Below are positions 40,937-50,994 of a stretch of DNA of 64,000 bases, in pieces. Source of the stretch: Trichormus sp. ATA11-4-KO1. Lineage in GTDB: Bacteria > Cyanobacteriota > Cyanobacteriia > Cyanobacteriales > Nostocaceae. Below the pieces are notes generated by a model. That model was not told the origin of the DNA. It saw only the letters and a list, made by a program, of their open reading frames with translations, and ran no database searches. The position numbers were made by a program, and so were the translations under genes. How positions within the stretch are numbered: position 1 is the stretch's first letter; every line of letters starts with the position of its first letter. The DNA is taken from NCBI GenBank assembly GCA_019358915.1, contig JAHHIM010000010.1, positions 79,297 through 143,296 of the forward strand, written 5' to 3'.

Positions 40937-41191
40937 AGGTAATCATTTAGCTACTCTTGAAATTACTAAATTAATTACTATTAACTGTTGGATAGCAATT
41001 AAGCAAAAATATAGTAATCCTTCAATCTCCTACTATCATAGTAAAAAGTTAGCAATTCGCCAGTATTTATTATGCCAAACTATTAATTAAAATTTGAAAT
41101 CTACTATTACATTAGAGTTAAAATCTCTAAACCGTATAAAACTAATGCTTTGGTTCTATGAGCAGGCGTTTCCAGCTTTTTATCACAAGTT

Positions 41192-41944
41192 CTATATATA
41201 AAGGTCATTAGTTAATACTGAGGCAAGGTGAGCAGGACGAGACAAGTGTGGGCAATGACCTCCAGGCATCTCTATGGCATTAACTCCCAAGCGCTTACGT
41301 GCAGCGTAGCGTGACCATGCAGGAGAGATTATTCGGTCATCAGTACAAACAATATATTTACACTCTATATTTGGTAAAGAATTCAGGGGATTAACCTCGA
41401 AAATATATGCCATTGATTGCTGCAAACGTCCTTTTGAGAGTGCCCAACGCATTACATCCGGTTGACAATCGTGATAGAAAAACTCCATCAATACTGCTTC
41501 ATCTGAAAAGTTTTTACCAGCAGACACTGGATTAAACATATCAGGTTCATCATAAAATTGTTCAAGTCGTCTTGGCTCTTTTGGTTCGTAATTTAATGAT
41601 TTGAGGCTATCAACATCGAGATTATGAGAAAATTGGTCAAGTGTACTGGTTTCTGGGTATGGAATAAGCGCAGTAAGGAATACTAGTTGACGTACTTGAT
41701 GCGCTTCTGCAACCAGGGGAATCACAGTACCAGCCATTGAGTGGCCAACCAGCACAATATCATCATCAGTTTTTGGTAGCGCTTGAAATACTACATCTGC
41801 AAATTGCGATAAACTTGCAGATACATCTTCAATTGGCAAATCCATTGCTACTGTTTTATGACCTTGCGCTTCTAAGTAAGGAATTAACAAATCCCAACAC
41901 CAAGCACCTTGGAAGGCACCATGAACTAGACAAAAAAGACTCAT
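41192..41944 (-). CDS. Alpha/beta hydrolase (esterase-like)
   Basis: LVHGAFQGAWCW, GHSMAG nucleophile, DDRII, GGHCP. Confidence 0.88.
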   Translation of the reverse strand: MSLFCLVHGAFQGAWCWDLLIPYLEAQGHKTVAMDLPIEDVSASLSQFADVVFQALPKTDDDIVLVGHSMAGTVIPLVAEAHQVRQLVFLTALIPYPETSTLDQFSHNLDVDSLKSLNYEPKEPRRLEQFYDEPDMFNPVSAGKNFSDEAVLMEFFYHDCQPDVMRWALSKGRLQQSMAYIFEVNPLNSLPNIECKYIVCTDDRIISPAWSRYAARKRLGVNAIEMPGGHCPHLSRPAHLASVLTNDLYI

Positions 41945-42071
41945 AGGATTTTAGGCTTTCCGAATTGTGCTTGACTTCTAGTTTAGATTTTGCACCACTG
42001 TTTGAGTTTTAATTAATAATTTAGCTTAACAGAGACTGAAGTCTACAAAATTAGGGAGTATCATCAAAAAA

Positions 42072-43979
42072 ATGGTGCGATTAAAACTGTGGCAATGGGT
42101 AGTATTAGCAATTCCCATCGCCATCATCATTACCTTCTTACTAATATCCGCAGGGATGCAGATTCATACCTGGGGTATTAATTGGATATGGGGTGTGTTT
42201 ACCCTGGTATTTGTGGGTTGGCGTTGGCTGCTGGTGAAATGGACTCAACCTGCAATCAAGCAGGTAGAAGCAGTGATGACAGAAGTCAAAGAAGAACTGG
42301 AATCAGCCGCAGATAATACAGCAGGAAGCGACACTACAAAGCAAGCAGAAATTGCACTGCAAAATATTCTCCAAGCAGCACAAAACGATCGCCCGATTTG
42401 GGAAGATTGGCAAACTTTTTGGACACGATGCCAAGATTTAGTCACAGTGATCGCTCATATCTACTATCCTGAAGTTCAATATCCCCTGTTAAACATTTAC
42501 ATACCCCAGGCTTATGGGTTGATTCGGGGAACTGTGGATGACTTAGATCAATGGATGCAAAAGTTATCACCGGCTCTTAATCAAGTCACCGTTGGGCAAG
42601 CTTACCAAGCATACGAAGTTTATCGGCAACTAGAGCCATCCGCTCGTAAATTATGGCAAGCCTGGAACTTTGCGCAGTGGCTGTTGAATCCTGTAGCAGC
42701 AGTGGCAAACCGAGCTACCAAGGGTTACAGTAACCGCGCAACTCAGCAGTTATTAGTCAATTTGGGTCAATTGTTGCGAGAAAATGCTCTCAGAAATTTA
42801 TGCCGTCAGGCGATCGCGCTTTATAGTGGTACTACACTGCCAATGTCAGCATCTGCAATTTCTCCGCCGACGCTACCCAAAGCGAAAACTCAAAATCTCC
42901 GAGAAATCCTCGCGCAAGCAGAAACACCAGAGGCAGTTGCACAAAAACCCGTCAATATTTTACTGGTAGGGCGGACTGGTTCTGGTAAAAGCAGTTTGAT
43001 TAACACTTTATTTCAAGCTGATTTGGCAGCCGTGGATGTTTTGCCCAGCACTGATCAAATTCAAAATTACCAATGGCAATCTTCAACCGGGGAAACTTTA
43101 AATCTTTGGGATACACCAGGTTATGAACAAGTGAACGGTGGCGATCTGCGAAACTTGGTGCTTGACTATGCTATCAACGCAGATTTACTGCTGTTAGTTA
43201 CTCCTGCCCTTGATCCTGCCCTACAGATGGATGTAGATTTTTTAGAAGATATGCTGGCGGCAGTTGCAGACTTACCAGCAATCGCATCTGTCACCCAAGT
43301 AGATCGTCTGCGTCCGATTCGTGAGTGGCAACCGCCTTATGATTGGGAATGGGGCGACAGGCCCAAGGAAATTGCTATTCGGGAAGCTACCCAGTACCGC
43401 GCTCAGCTTTTGGATAAATTCTGTCATCTGGTTTTACCAATTGTTACCAGTGATGTGAAAACAGGTCGAATTGCCTGGGGAGTAGAAGGGTTATCTTTAG
43501 CATTATTACAAGCGATCGCTCCTGCCAAACAACTCAGACTAGCCCGCTTTTTGCGTAACTTGGAAGCCCGTACAGTCGCCACTGCCAAAATCATTGACCA
43601 CTACACTTTCCAGATGGCGACAACTCAGGGACTAACTGCATTACTTAAAAGTCCTGTGCTTCAGTTTATTTCTACCTTATCAACGGGTTCTCCAACTCTG
43701 GCATATCTGCTGGCAGAACAAATCCCCGTGGAACAGCTACCAATTGTGATTGGTAAACTCCAGATGGCCTACGATTTGTTTTCACTTTTAAATACCAATA
43801 ATGTTAACCCGTTTAACTTTGATTTACTATCTCTCTGGCCATTACTGCTAGAAAACTCAGCCTCTCCTGACCGCAACGCCTGGGCTTTTGGTCACGCTTT
43901 AGTAGAGTATTGGACTCAGAATTTGACTGTTGAACAACTACGGGAACGGTTTGCTCACTATTTGCAGCAGGATAAATAA
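42072..43979 (+). CDS. Membrane-anchored GTPase family protein
   Basis: Two N-terminal TM segments, GRTGSGKSS, DTPG, TQVD. Confidence 0.85.
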   Translation: MVRLKLWQWVVLAIPIAIIITFLLISAGMQIHTWGINWIWGVFTLVFVGWRWLLVKWTQPAIKQVEAVMTEVKEELESAADNTAGSDTTKQAEIALQNILQAAQNDRPIWEDWQTFWTRCQDLVTVIAHIYYPEVQYPLLNIYIPQAYGLIRGTVDDLDQWMQKLSPALNQVTVGQAYQAYEVYRQLEPSARKLWQAWNFAQWLLNPVAAVANRATKGYSNRATQQLLVNLGQLLRENALRNLCRQAIALYSGTTLPMSASAISPPTLPKAKTQNLREILAQAETPEAVAQKPVNILLVGRTGSGKSSLINTLFQADLAAVDVLPSTDQIQNYQWQSSTGETLNLWDTPGYEQVNGGDLRNLVLDYAINADLLLLVTPALDPALQMDVDFLEDMLAAVADLPAIASVTQVDRLRPIREWQPPYDWEWGDRPKEIAIREATQYRAQLLDKFCHLVLPIVTSDVKTGRIAWGVEGLSLALLQAIAPAKQLRLARFLRNLEARTVATAKIIDHYTFQMATTQGLTALLKSPVLQFISTLSTGSPTLAYLLAEQIPVEQLPIVIGKLQMAYDLFSLLNTNNVNPFNFDLLSLWPLLLENSASPDRNAWAFGHALVEYWTQNLTVEQLRERFAHYLQQDK

Positions 43980-44098
43980 AGAGGCTACAAGATGACATGC
44001 AATCGAAAATGTCCGTAGCCCCTTTTGCTCATCAATACCATCTAGATTGCTCAGTGCGGTTTTCTATTTGGTAAAGTCGATCCCTGAAAGTTCAACAA

Positions 44099-45694
44099 TT
44101 AAGCTTGCTGTACTTCTGGATTACCATCTTCAACCACAAATGTAGCCCGCTTACTCAGCGTACCAAAAGGAGTTGTGACGTTGGACATCACCATATAATC
44201 TGTCTTCCAGTTTGTGGGAGTCAATGAACAGCGAACATACCCCCGTTGACCGTTGTAAAACTTAATGTGTGGGTTATCGGGTAAATAAGCTGCAACTGTG
44301 GGGCTTATATCTACCCCATCTCCACCAGAGCTAATTGAAGTACAGACAAATTCACTACCAACTGTAGCGGATTCTGGGTTATCAAAATTAGCCTTCAGAT
44401 TCATTGCCCAGTTGGAATGCACATCGCCTGCCAAGGATACTGGATTAGAGGGCTGACGCTGTTCGAGAAAATTCATCAGGCGATCGCGCGAAGCCAGATA
44501 ACCATCCCACTTATCCATACTGAAGGTTTGTCCTTCACCTGGCAGGAAGTCTCGTTGAGCAATAGGCACTTGCTGAGCTAAAATATTCCACTTAGCTTGT
44601 GAGCTATCTAAACCTTGATACAACCAACTTTCTTGTTCTTGTCCCAGAATTGTTGCTTGTGGATCAAAAACCTCTGGACAACGCTCTTTGATGCCATCAC
44701 CACAAGGCTGGTCAGTGCGATACTGGCGGGTATCTAGGACATGGAATGTTGCCAAGTTACCAAAAGAAAGTCGGCGGAAAAGTTGCATATCAGGGCCAGT
44801 GGGTCGTGAGAAGGGACGCAATGGCATGTGTTCGTAGTAAGCCTGATAAGCTGCTGCTCGTCGTTCTAGAAAAATTGCTGGGTCTGCATCTGGCTCATTA
44901 TCAAGTTGTGAGATGTCATTGGCGTAGTTGTTTTCCACTTCGTGGTCGTCCCAAGTGACAATCCAAGGAAACGCTGCATGAGCTGCTTGCAGATTGGGAT
45001 CGGTTTTATAGAGGGCGTGACGGTTGCGGTAATCCTCCAAAGTCACAATTTTGGGACTATTGTGTTGTCTGACAGTATTGTTTCCGATTCCTCCTTCATA
45101 GATGTAGTCACCAGTATGTACCACTAAGCTGAGGTCGTCCTGAGCTAAATATTTATAGGCGGTATAGTATCCCTGCTGATAGTTCTGGCAAGAGACCACT
45201 GCAAAGTTAAATTGATTCAAGTAGCTTCCTGGTAAAGGAGCTGTACGAGTGCGACCAATAGGGCTAGCCTCTCTGCCTACAATAAATTGATACCAATACC
45301 AAGTATTAGGTTCGAGTCCTTCAACTACAACTCGAATTGAATGCGCCAGTTCTGGAGTTGCAAACTCGCTACCCCGGGCCACAATCCTTCTCATTTTGGG
45401 ATCAGTTGCCACTCGCCAGCGAACAGGCACATTAACAGGTGGCATTCCTCCTCCATTTAAAGGTTCGGGCGCTAGACGAGTCCAGAGGACTACGCTAGTA
45501 GCATAGGGTTCACCCGATGCCACACCGAGTTTAAAAGGATAATCAGAAAATCTGCCTGTAGCGATCGCTCGTTGATGGGAAAATTGGCTGGTGACCGCTA
45601 ACCCAGTAAATGCTCCTGCCCCAATAATTAAGTTACGTCGTTTGATGCGATTACGCAAAAACTGCTCAAAGTTTAAATAATCTGCCATTGTCAT
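44099..45694 (-). CDS. phoD: Alkaline phosphatase D, Tat-exported
   Basis: KRRNLI twin-arginine signal, GVASG, GDYIYE, WDDHE, LDTRQYR, DKWDGY, GDVH. Confidence 0.93.
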   Translation of the reverse strand: MTMADYLNFEQFLRNRIKRRNLIIGAGAFTGLAVTSQFSHQRAIATGRFSDYPFKLGVASGEPYATSVVLWTRLAPEPLNGGGMPPVNVPVRWRVATDPKMRRIVARGSEFATPELAHSIRVVVEGLEPNTWYWYQFIVGREASPIGRTRTAPLPGSYLNQFNFAVVSCQNYQQGYYTAYKYLAQDDLSLVVHTGDYIYEGGIGNNTVRQHNSPKIVTLEDYRNRHALYKTDPNLQAAHAAFPWIVTWDDHEVENNYANDISQLDNEPDADPAIFLERRAAAYQAYYEHMPLRPFSRPTGPDMQLFRRLSFGNLATFHVLDTRQYRTDQPCGDGIKERCPEVFDPQATILGQEQESWLYQGLDSSQAKWNILAQQVPIAQRDFLPGEGQTFSMDKWDGYLASRDRLMNFLEQRQPSNPVSLAGDVHSNWAMNLKANFDNPESATVGSEFVCTSISSGGDGVDISPTVAAYLPDNPHIKFYNGQRGYVRCSLTPTNWKTDYMVMSNVTTPFGTLSKRATFVVEDGNPEVQQA

Positions 45695-45869
45695 GCTCCT
45701 GACTAACAGGTGAATTCAAGCAGAGAAACATTTGACGCTAGGAAAACCGGATAACTGTAGGCAAACTCCATAACTAATTTCCTTACCAAAATCAGGCTGG
45801 AATTCCCATATTTAGCCGATAGTTTTTATGTATCAGATGTCACTTTGCCAAATCAAACCTACTAGTTAG

Positions 45870-45910
45870 AGATTAATTCTGTGCAAAGGAAGAGTTAAAA
45901 ACAACTTAAT
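45870..45910 (-). promoter_or_regulatory. Putative Pho box (SphR/PhoB) array upstream of phoD
   Basis: - strand octamers ATTAAGTT, TTTAACTC, CTTTGCAC, ATTAATCT at exact 11-bp spacing. Confidence 0.55.
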
Positions 45911-45921
45911 TTTTGCATTTT

Positions 45922-46078
45922 TAACGTCAGTTTGATGAACCACTTTCTCCTCAACCTCCCCCTCCTAAAAGGCAAGAAAGGAGTAATAAAAAAATAGGCT
46001 TTTTACTCCCATTTCCTTGGTAAGAAGAGAGGTAGGGAATGAGGTAAATACAATACAATATTTGTCGAACTCACATAT
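45922..46078. mobile_element. Degenerate MITE with IS982-like ends
   Basis: TAACGTCAGTTTGA...TCGAACTCACATA. Confidence 0.45.
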
Positions 46079-46204
46079 ATTTATTGTTTAGGATAAATTT
46101 ATCCAAATCAAATGCATCTAAATCGTTATTAATTAATCTTCAGGTAAGGCTAATCAAAATAAAAATATCTATAATTTTTTTAAATAACTTTTTGGTTGAC
46201 AGAT

Positions 46205-46257
46205 TTAACTAAAAACTGCTCATACTGAAGGTACAGTCAAGAGCAGTTTTTAGTTAA
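46205..46257 (-). terminator. Hairpin/terminator after the 46274 gene
   Basis: 17-bp perfect stem TTAACTAAAAACTGCTC / GAGCAGTTTTTAGTTAA. Confidence 0.65.
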
Positions 46258-46273
46258 AATGCCCAGATACAAT

Positions 46274-46594
46274 TTAGGCATCTTCCATTTCAAATTGCGC
46301 TACAGTCACAGCGTTAAAGGCAAATGCTAAAACTAATGGCATAGGACACTTCAATATAACTGTAGAAACGACCGCGACAATTGTGCCAATCACTGCCGAT
46401 GCTGACCATACTCTTTCCTCAACAGTTAATCCTTTTTCAGCTTTAATTAAGTTGAGGACATGATGGGGAATTGGTTCTGGCATTACTCCTCCAGGCGGAA
46501 AAGCCCAGTAGTTGTTGCGCCGCTCGACAAATAATTCTGTCCAGCCATTTTCTTGGCACCATGCTTCAATCCAATCAACAGAGTAATGTGTCAT
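46274..46594 (-). CDS. Conserved hypothetical membrane protein
   Basis: WCQENGWTE, YWAFPPGGVMP, C-terminal TM segments. Confidence 0.75.
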   Translation of the reverse strand: MTHYSVDWIEAWCQENGWTELFVERRNNYWAFPPGGVMPEPIPHHVLNLIKAEKGLTVEERVWSASAVIGTIVAVVSTVILKCPMPLVLAFAFNAVTVAQFEMEDA

Positions 46595-46998
46595 AACGGT
46601 GTTGGTAATCGGCTTGTGGAATTTGTGTAGGTTGGTGAATATAATTTGTGGGAGATTCCTGAATAGTTAAACAATTATTATGCAGTTACAGGTCATGCTC
46701 CTCTTGTAAAGCTGTATAAGCATTTTCAACATCTAATTATTGCTTAACTGCTCATCATAATTAACAGATTAACAGCCACTAGAAGTTGTTGAACTCAAAA
46801 TACAATAATCTTTACTTGGAAATTTAGATGTCAAGAATTGTAAATAACTTAGTAAAACTATTTGTATCCCAAAATTGTTTTTTTTAAGTCAAGAATTGTA
46901 AATATTTAAGTAAGCAATGACTTAATTTGATTCTTAAACATATATAAACACAATCCTAATTAACAAATCGGCTAAAAAACTATACCTTGCGAATGAAT

Positions 46999-47115
46999 TA
47001 AGTAGGTGGGTGGGAAAATTTATCGCTAGGATAAGGCAGGAGGCAGAAGGGAAGAGGGTTTTAAGCTGATTCATTTTTCTTTACATAGTTGATTTTATTT
47101 GTGCCTACCTACTTA
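46999..47115 (-). mobile_element. MITE with TAAGTAGGTRGG terminal inverted repeats, copy B
   Basis: Reverse complement of 12797-12930 with two fewer heptamers. Confidence 0.85.
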
Positions 47116-47280
47116 CTCAATCTGGAAGCATAAATTACTGCTTAGATATCGTAGGGCGATCGCCACTAGCGGCATAACATAAATTTAAGTATAATAAAAT
47201 ACATAAAATGCTTAATTGTTAACTTATCTAAATGCGGTAAGCTGAAAGAGAATGACAAAAAACAACAGTAGCTACCGTAT

Positions 47281-47769
47281 ATGTTTTGGCAGCAAGGATT
47301 AGCGTTTATTTTGGGGATTGTGGTATTTTTCCAGGCTTACCCGGCATTGGCGGATTGGACTCATCCCATGTCATTTAGTAATGCAGAGTTAGCCAGACGT
47401 GATTTTTCTGGTCAAAGTTTACAAGCGGCTGAGTTCTCTAACGCCAATATGGAATTGGCTAACTTTAAAGATGCGGACTTGCGGGGAGCAGTCATGAGCG
47501 CTTCGGTGATGACGCAAGCGAATTTACATGGAGCGGATTTAACTAATGCTATGGTGGATCAGGTAAAGTTAACAGGGGCTGATTTGAGTGATGCCATTTT
47601 CAAAGAAGCTCTTTTGCTCCGCTCCATCTTTACTGGTGTGAATATAGACAGCGCAGATTTTACAGATGCAATTTTGGATGGAGCACAAATTAAAGAACTG
47701 TGTCACAAAGCCAGTGGAGTCAACTCTAAAACTGGCGTAGAAACTCGTGATTCTCTAGGATGTCGATGA
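47281..47769 (+). CDS. Pentapeptide-repeat protein with signal peptide
   Basis: A(D/N)LXX repeats, PALA cleavage motif, TRDSLGC end. Confidence 0.9.
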   Translation: MFWQQGLAFILGIVVFFQAYPALADWTHPMSFSNAELARRDFSGQSLQAAEFSNANMELANFKDADLRGAVMSASVMTQANLHGADLTNAMVDQVKLTGADLSDAIFKEALLLRSIFTGVNIDSADFTDAILDGAQIKELCHKASGVNSKTGVETRDSLGCR

Positions 47770-48917
47770 AGCGTATTGGTGTAATTGGTGGTGGACAACT
47801 GGCCTGGATGATGGGGGATGCAGCCAAGAAGTTAGGCGTGGAATTGGTGGTGCAGACTCCCAGTAGCCATGATCCTGCTGTATCCATCGCCCAGGATGTT
47901 ATTTTAGCCCCAGTTGATGATGCGATCGCTACAGAGGTTTTAGCAGCAAAAACTGATGTCATCACCTTTGAAAATGAATTTGTTAATTTAGATGCTTTAT
48001 CTTTTTTAGAACATCAAGTTGTTTGCTTTCGACCCAGATTGGCAGCTTTAGTTCCTCTTTTAGATAAATATCATCAGCGCTGTTATTTACAGAATTTGGG
48101 ATTGCCTATTCCTCGGTTTTTCGCCCTTAACCAGCAGGAAAATCTTGCATCTCAAATAGAACACCTGGGTTTTCCAGTTGTCTTAAAATCCAGACGGCAC
48201 GGTTATGACGGTCAGGGTACTTTCATTATTAAAGATTTAGCGACGTTGCAACAACAGCTAAATTCTGATGACACAAAAAATTTTAGTCAATCTCAATTTT
48301 TAATCGAAGAATTTGTGCCTTTTGAACGAGAACTAGCAGTAATTGCTGCTCGTTCTGTAGCAGGTGAGGTTGTGACTTACCCAGTGGTAGAAACTCAACA
48401 AGAACAACAGGTGTGTCGGCGAGTGATTGCACCAGCTGATATTACACCTGATCAAGCGGCAGAAATAGAAGCGATCGCCCATACTCTATTAAATAGCTTG
48501 CAAGTAGTGGGAGTTTTTGGTATTGAACTATTTCTCACCACCACAGGTAAGGTATTGGTGAATGAAATTGCCCCCCGTACCCACAATTCTGGGCATTTCT
48601 CCTTAGACGCTTGCGAAACATCACAGTTTGAACAGCAATTAAGAGCGGTTTGTGGTTTACCTTTGGGAAATTCTGCTTTACGTTGTGCCAGTGCTGTCAT
48701 GGTCAACCTTCTAGGGTATGAAATTTCCGCCAGCGACTACCAAAGCCAGCGTCAAAAATTAGCTGAGATTCCCCAAGCTTATGTGTACTGGTACGGGAAA
48801 ACAGAATCACGTCCAGGGCGTAAATTAGGGCATGTCACCGTTTTACTAAATCATCAGAACAGAGATACCACAAGTGCCATTGCCCGTACTATAGAATCTA
48901 TTTGGTATGGAAATTAA
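47766..48917 (+). CDS. purK: N5-CAIR synthase
   Basis: GVIGGGQLA, TFENE, GYDGQG, NEIAPRTHNSGH, RKLGH. Confidence 0.96.
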   Translation: MKRIGVIGGGQLAWMMGDAAKKLGVELVVQTPSSHDPAVSIAQDVILAPVDDAIATEVLAAKTDVITFENEFVNLDALSFLEHQVVCFRPRLAALVPLLDKYHQRCYLQNLGLPIPRFFALNQQENLASQIEHLGFPVVLKSRRHGYDGQGTFIIKDLATLQQQLNSDDTKNFSQSQFLIEEFVPFERELAVIAARSVAGEVVTYPVVETQQEQQVCRRVIAPADITPDQAAEIEAIAHTLLNSLQVVGVFGIELFLTTTGKVLVNEIAPRTHNSGHFSLDACETSQFEQQLRAVCGLPLGNSALRCASAVMVNLLGYEISASDYQSQRQKLAEIPQAYVYWYGKTESRPGRKLGHVTVLLNHQNRDTTSAIARTIESIWYGN

Positions 48918-48976
48918 ATTTCTCAAAAAATTTCAATACTCAGCACACAACCTATTTTTGAAAGCTATAATGAGTT

Positions 48977-49160
48977 AGTTGCACTGCGACGTTGGTGACT
49001 GCCATCAAGTTTTTTGATCTATGTCTTTAAAGAAAAGGGAAGCTAACAGTTCTCGTGGCAGTATACCGGGCATGTACCCGGAAACTTAAAACGATGAACG
49101 TCGGCACCCACCTGGTTTAACCAGGTCATAAACTTAGGTAAAACGGCGTTGCGGTGAACT
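48977..49160 (+). ncRNA. ssrS: 6S RNA (6Sa)
   Basis: Directly downstream of purK (the usual cyanobacterial position); TATAAT at 48966; 5' AGTTGCACTGCGACGTTG pairs with 3' CGGCGTTGCGGTGAACT; ~185 nt. Confidence 0.88.
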
Positions 49161-49308
49161 TAAAATTATCAGCTCCTAAAGTTAGCAAAGACTTGGGAAG
49201 CTCTAATTATTAAAATTAGTAAAAAATTAATGTCAAGGTAAAGCAAAAAAATTTATTTTGCCTTTTTTAAGTTATCAAAAATCAATAATGTTGAGCAACT
49301 TTATACTT

Positions 49309-49398
49309 TAGACATCTGCAACAAAGAATGTAAAAACGTGCCATGGAACGTCTTTACAAGAGTTTGGGCAAAAGCATATTTAATTTCGGTTGATGTCT
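49309..49398. mobile_element. Degenerate MITE (AGACATC...GATGTCT) with an internal REP-like hairpin
   Basis: Short TIR; internal GTAAAAACGTGCCATGGAACGTCTTTAC. Confidence 0.5.
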
Positions 49399-49647
49399 TT
49401 TGCAATCCAGTTGATTAGTGATGATTACGCGTATCTGTCCAAACAGAGTTTCTTCTTTGCGCCTGATACCATTCGGCTGAACGCTCACGTCGAACCTTTT
49501 GGTCTTAATGACTAGTCTGTCCCCGGACATAATATCAGCTGTGCCTGCTCATTTCCACAAAATCTGTATCAGTTGATTCTAATTTAGCGATCGTTCAGAG
49601 TTAAAATAACAAAAATTGTATTAAATTGTGGTTAAAGCTACAAAAAA

Positions 49648-50916
49648 TTGTCACAACAACAACTAGCGCATAGCGTATTTCCAGCCTCGGTTCTCCGACT
49701 AGACAATGGTTTAACACTTATCCATCAAGAGATTCCCACTACCCCTGTAGTTGTGGCTGATGTTTGGGTACGTGCTGGAACAACCCTGGAGCCAAAGCCG
49801 TGGTTCGGTATGGCTCATTTTTTAGAACACATGATTTTTAAAGGTACGGCAACTTTAGCCCCCGGAATGTTTGATCACAAAATTGAAAACAGGGGCGGAG
49901 TGAGTAATGCCGCTACGAGTTATGATTATGCTCATTACACCCTAACAACAGCTGCCCCCTACCTAGCAGATACTCTGCCCCACTTGGGAGAATTACTAAT
50001 CAATGCTGTAATTCCAGAAGATGAATTCATCCGTGAACGAGATGTGGTGTTAGAGGAAATTCGCTCCTGCAAAGATGATCCCAACTGGATAGTATTCCAA
50101 ACCCTCAATCACAGCATCTACCAAGATCATCCTTATGGACGTTCGATTTTGGGTACTGAGCAAGAACTAATGCAGCAGTCACCAGCAGCAATGCGCTGTT
50201 TTCATCGCGCTCACTACCAACCAGAAAATATGACAGTAGTGATTGTCGGGGGAATTGCTCAACAGCCAGCTTGGGAACTTGTAAATAAATCTTTTGCTGA
50301 TTTTGGCGAACCCTTGCATTGTCCGCAGTCTGAAAAAATAGTAGAGCCAGTCATCACCAAAATTCGCCGCCAAGAATTGTGTTTACCGCGTGTAGAACAA
50401 GCACGATTGCTGATGGCTTGGGTTGTACCAGGAGTAAAGCAACTCCGCACTGCCTATGGTTTAGATTTGTTGTCAGTGTTATTAGCAGAAGGGCGAACTT
50501 CCCGTCTTGTGCGCGACTTACGGGAAGAATTACAGTTGGTGCAGGGAATTTGCAGTAATTTTTCTCTGCAACGAGAGTCAAGCTTGTTGACAATTACTGC
50601 TTGGTTAGAGCCAGAAAACCTAGATAAAGTTGAGAATTTGATTCTCACTCATTTAGATGATTTGCAAACCAAAGGAATTAGTGAGCAGGAACTGGCCCGG
50701 ACACGTAGACTGCTGTGTAATGAATATGCTTTTTCTACCGAAACACCAAATCAGTTAACAGGGCTTTATGGATACTACAACACTATTGCCCAAGCTGAAT
50801 TAGCAGTAGCGTATCCTCAGCAGATTCAATCGTTTGATACCCAAGAACTGCAACAATTAGCTCAACAGTTTCTTTCACCGCAGAATTATGCGGTAACGAT
50901 ACTTAAACCCTGTTAG
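49648..50916 (+). CDS. M16 (pitrilysin) peptidase, catalytic subunit
   Basis: HFLEH motif, NAATS, ERDVVLEE. Confidence 0.92.
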   Translation: MSQQQLAHSVFPASVLRLDNGLTLIHQEIPTTPVVVADVWVRAGTTLEPKPWFGMAHFLEHMIFKGTATLAPGMFDHKIENRGGVSNAATSYDYAHYTLTTAAPYLADTLPHLGELLINAVIPEDEFIRERDVVLEEIRSCKDDPNWIVFQTLNHSIYQDHPYGRSILGTEQELMQQSPAAMRCFHRAHYQPENMTVVIVGGIAQQPAWELVNKSFADFGEPLHCPQSEKIVEPVITKIRRQELCLPRVEQARLLMAWVVPGVKQLRTAYGLDLLSVLLAEGRTSRLVRDLREELQLVQGICSNFSLQRESSLLTITAWLEPENLDKVENLILTHLDDLQTKGISEQELARTRRLLCNEYAFSTETPNQLTGLYGYYNTIAQAELAVAYPQQIQSFDTQELQQLAQQFLSPQNYAVTILKPC

Positions 50917-50994
50917 TGTCAGTGTTTGGTTATTGATAGTCCTGTGGCTGTCAATAACTAACCACTAGTAACGGATAATTAATAACTGATAACT

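Noticed and set aside
48977..49160. Structured intergenic RNA as a novel ncRNA
   Set aside because: Position after purK, size and terminal pairing fit the known 6S RNA.
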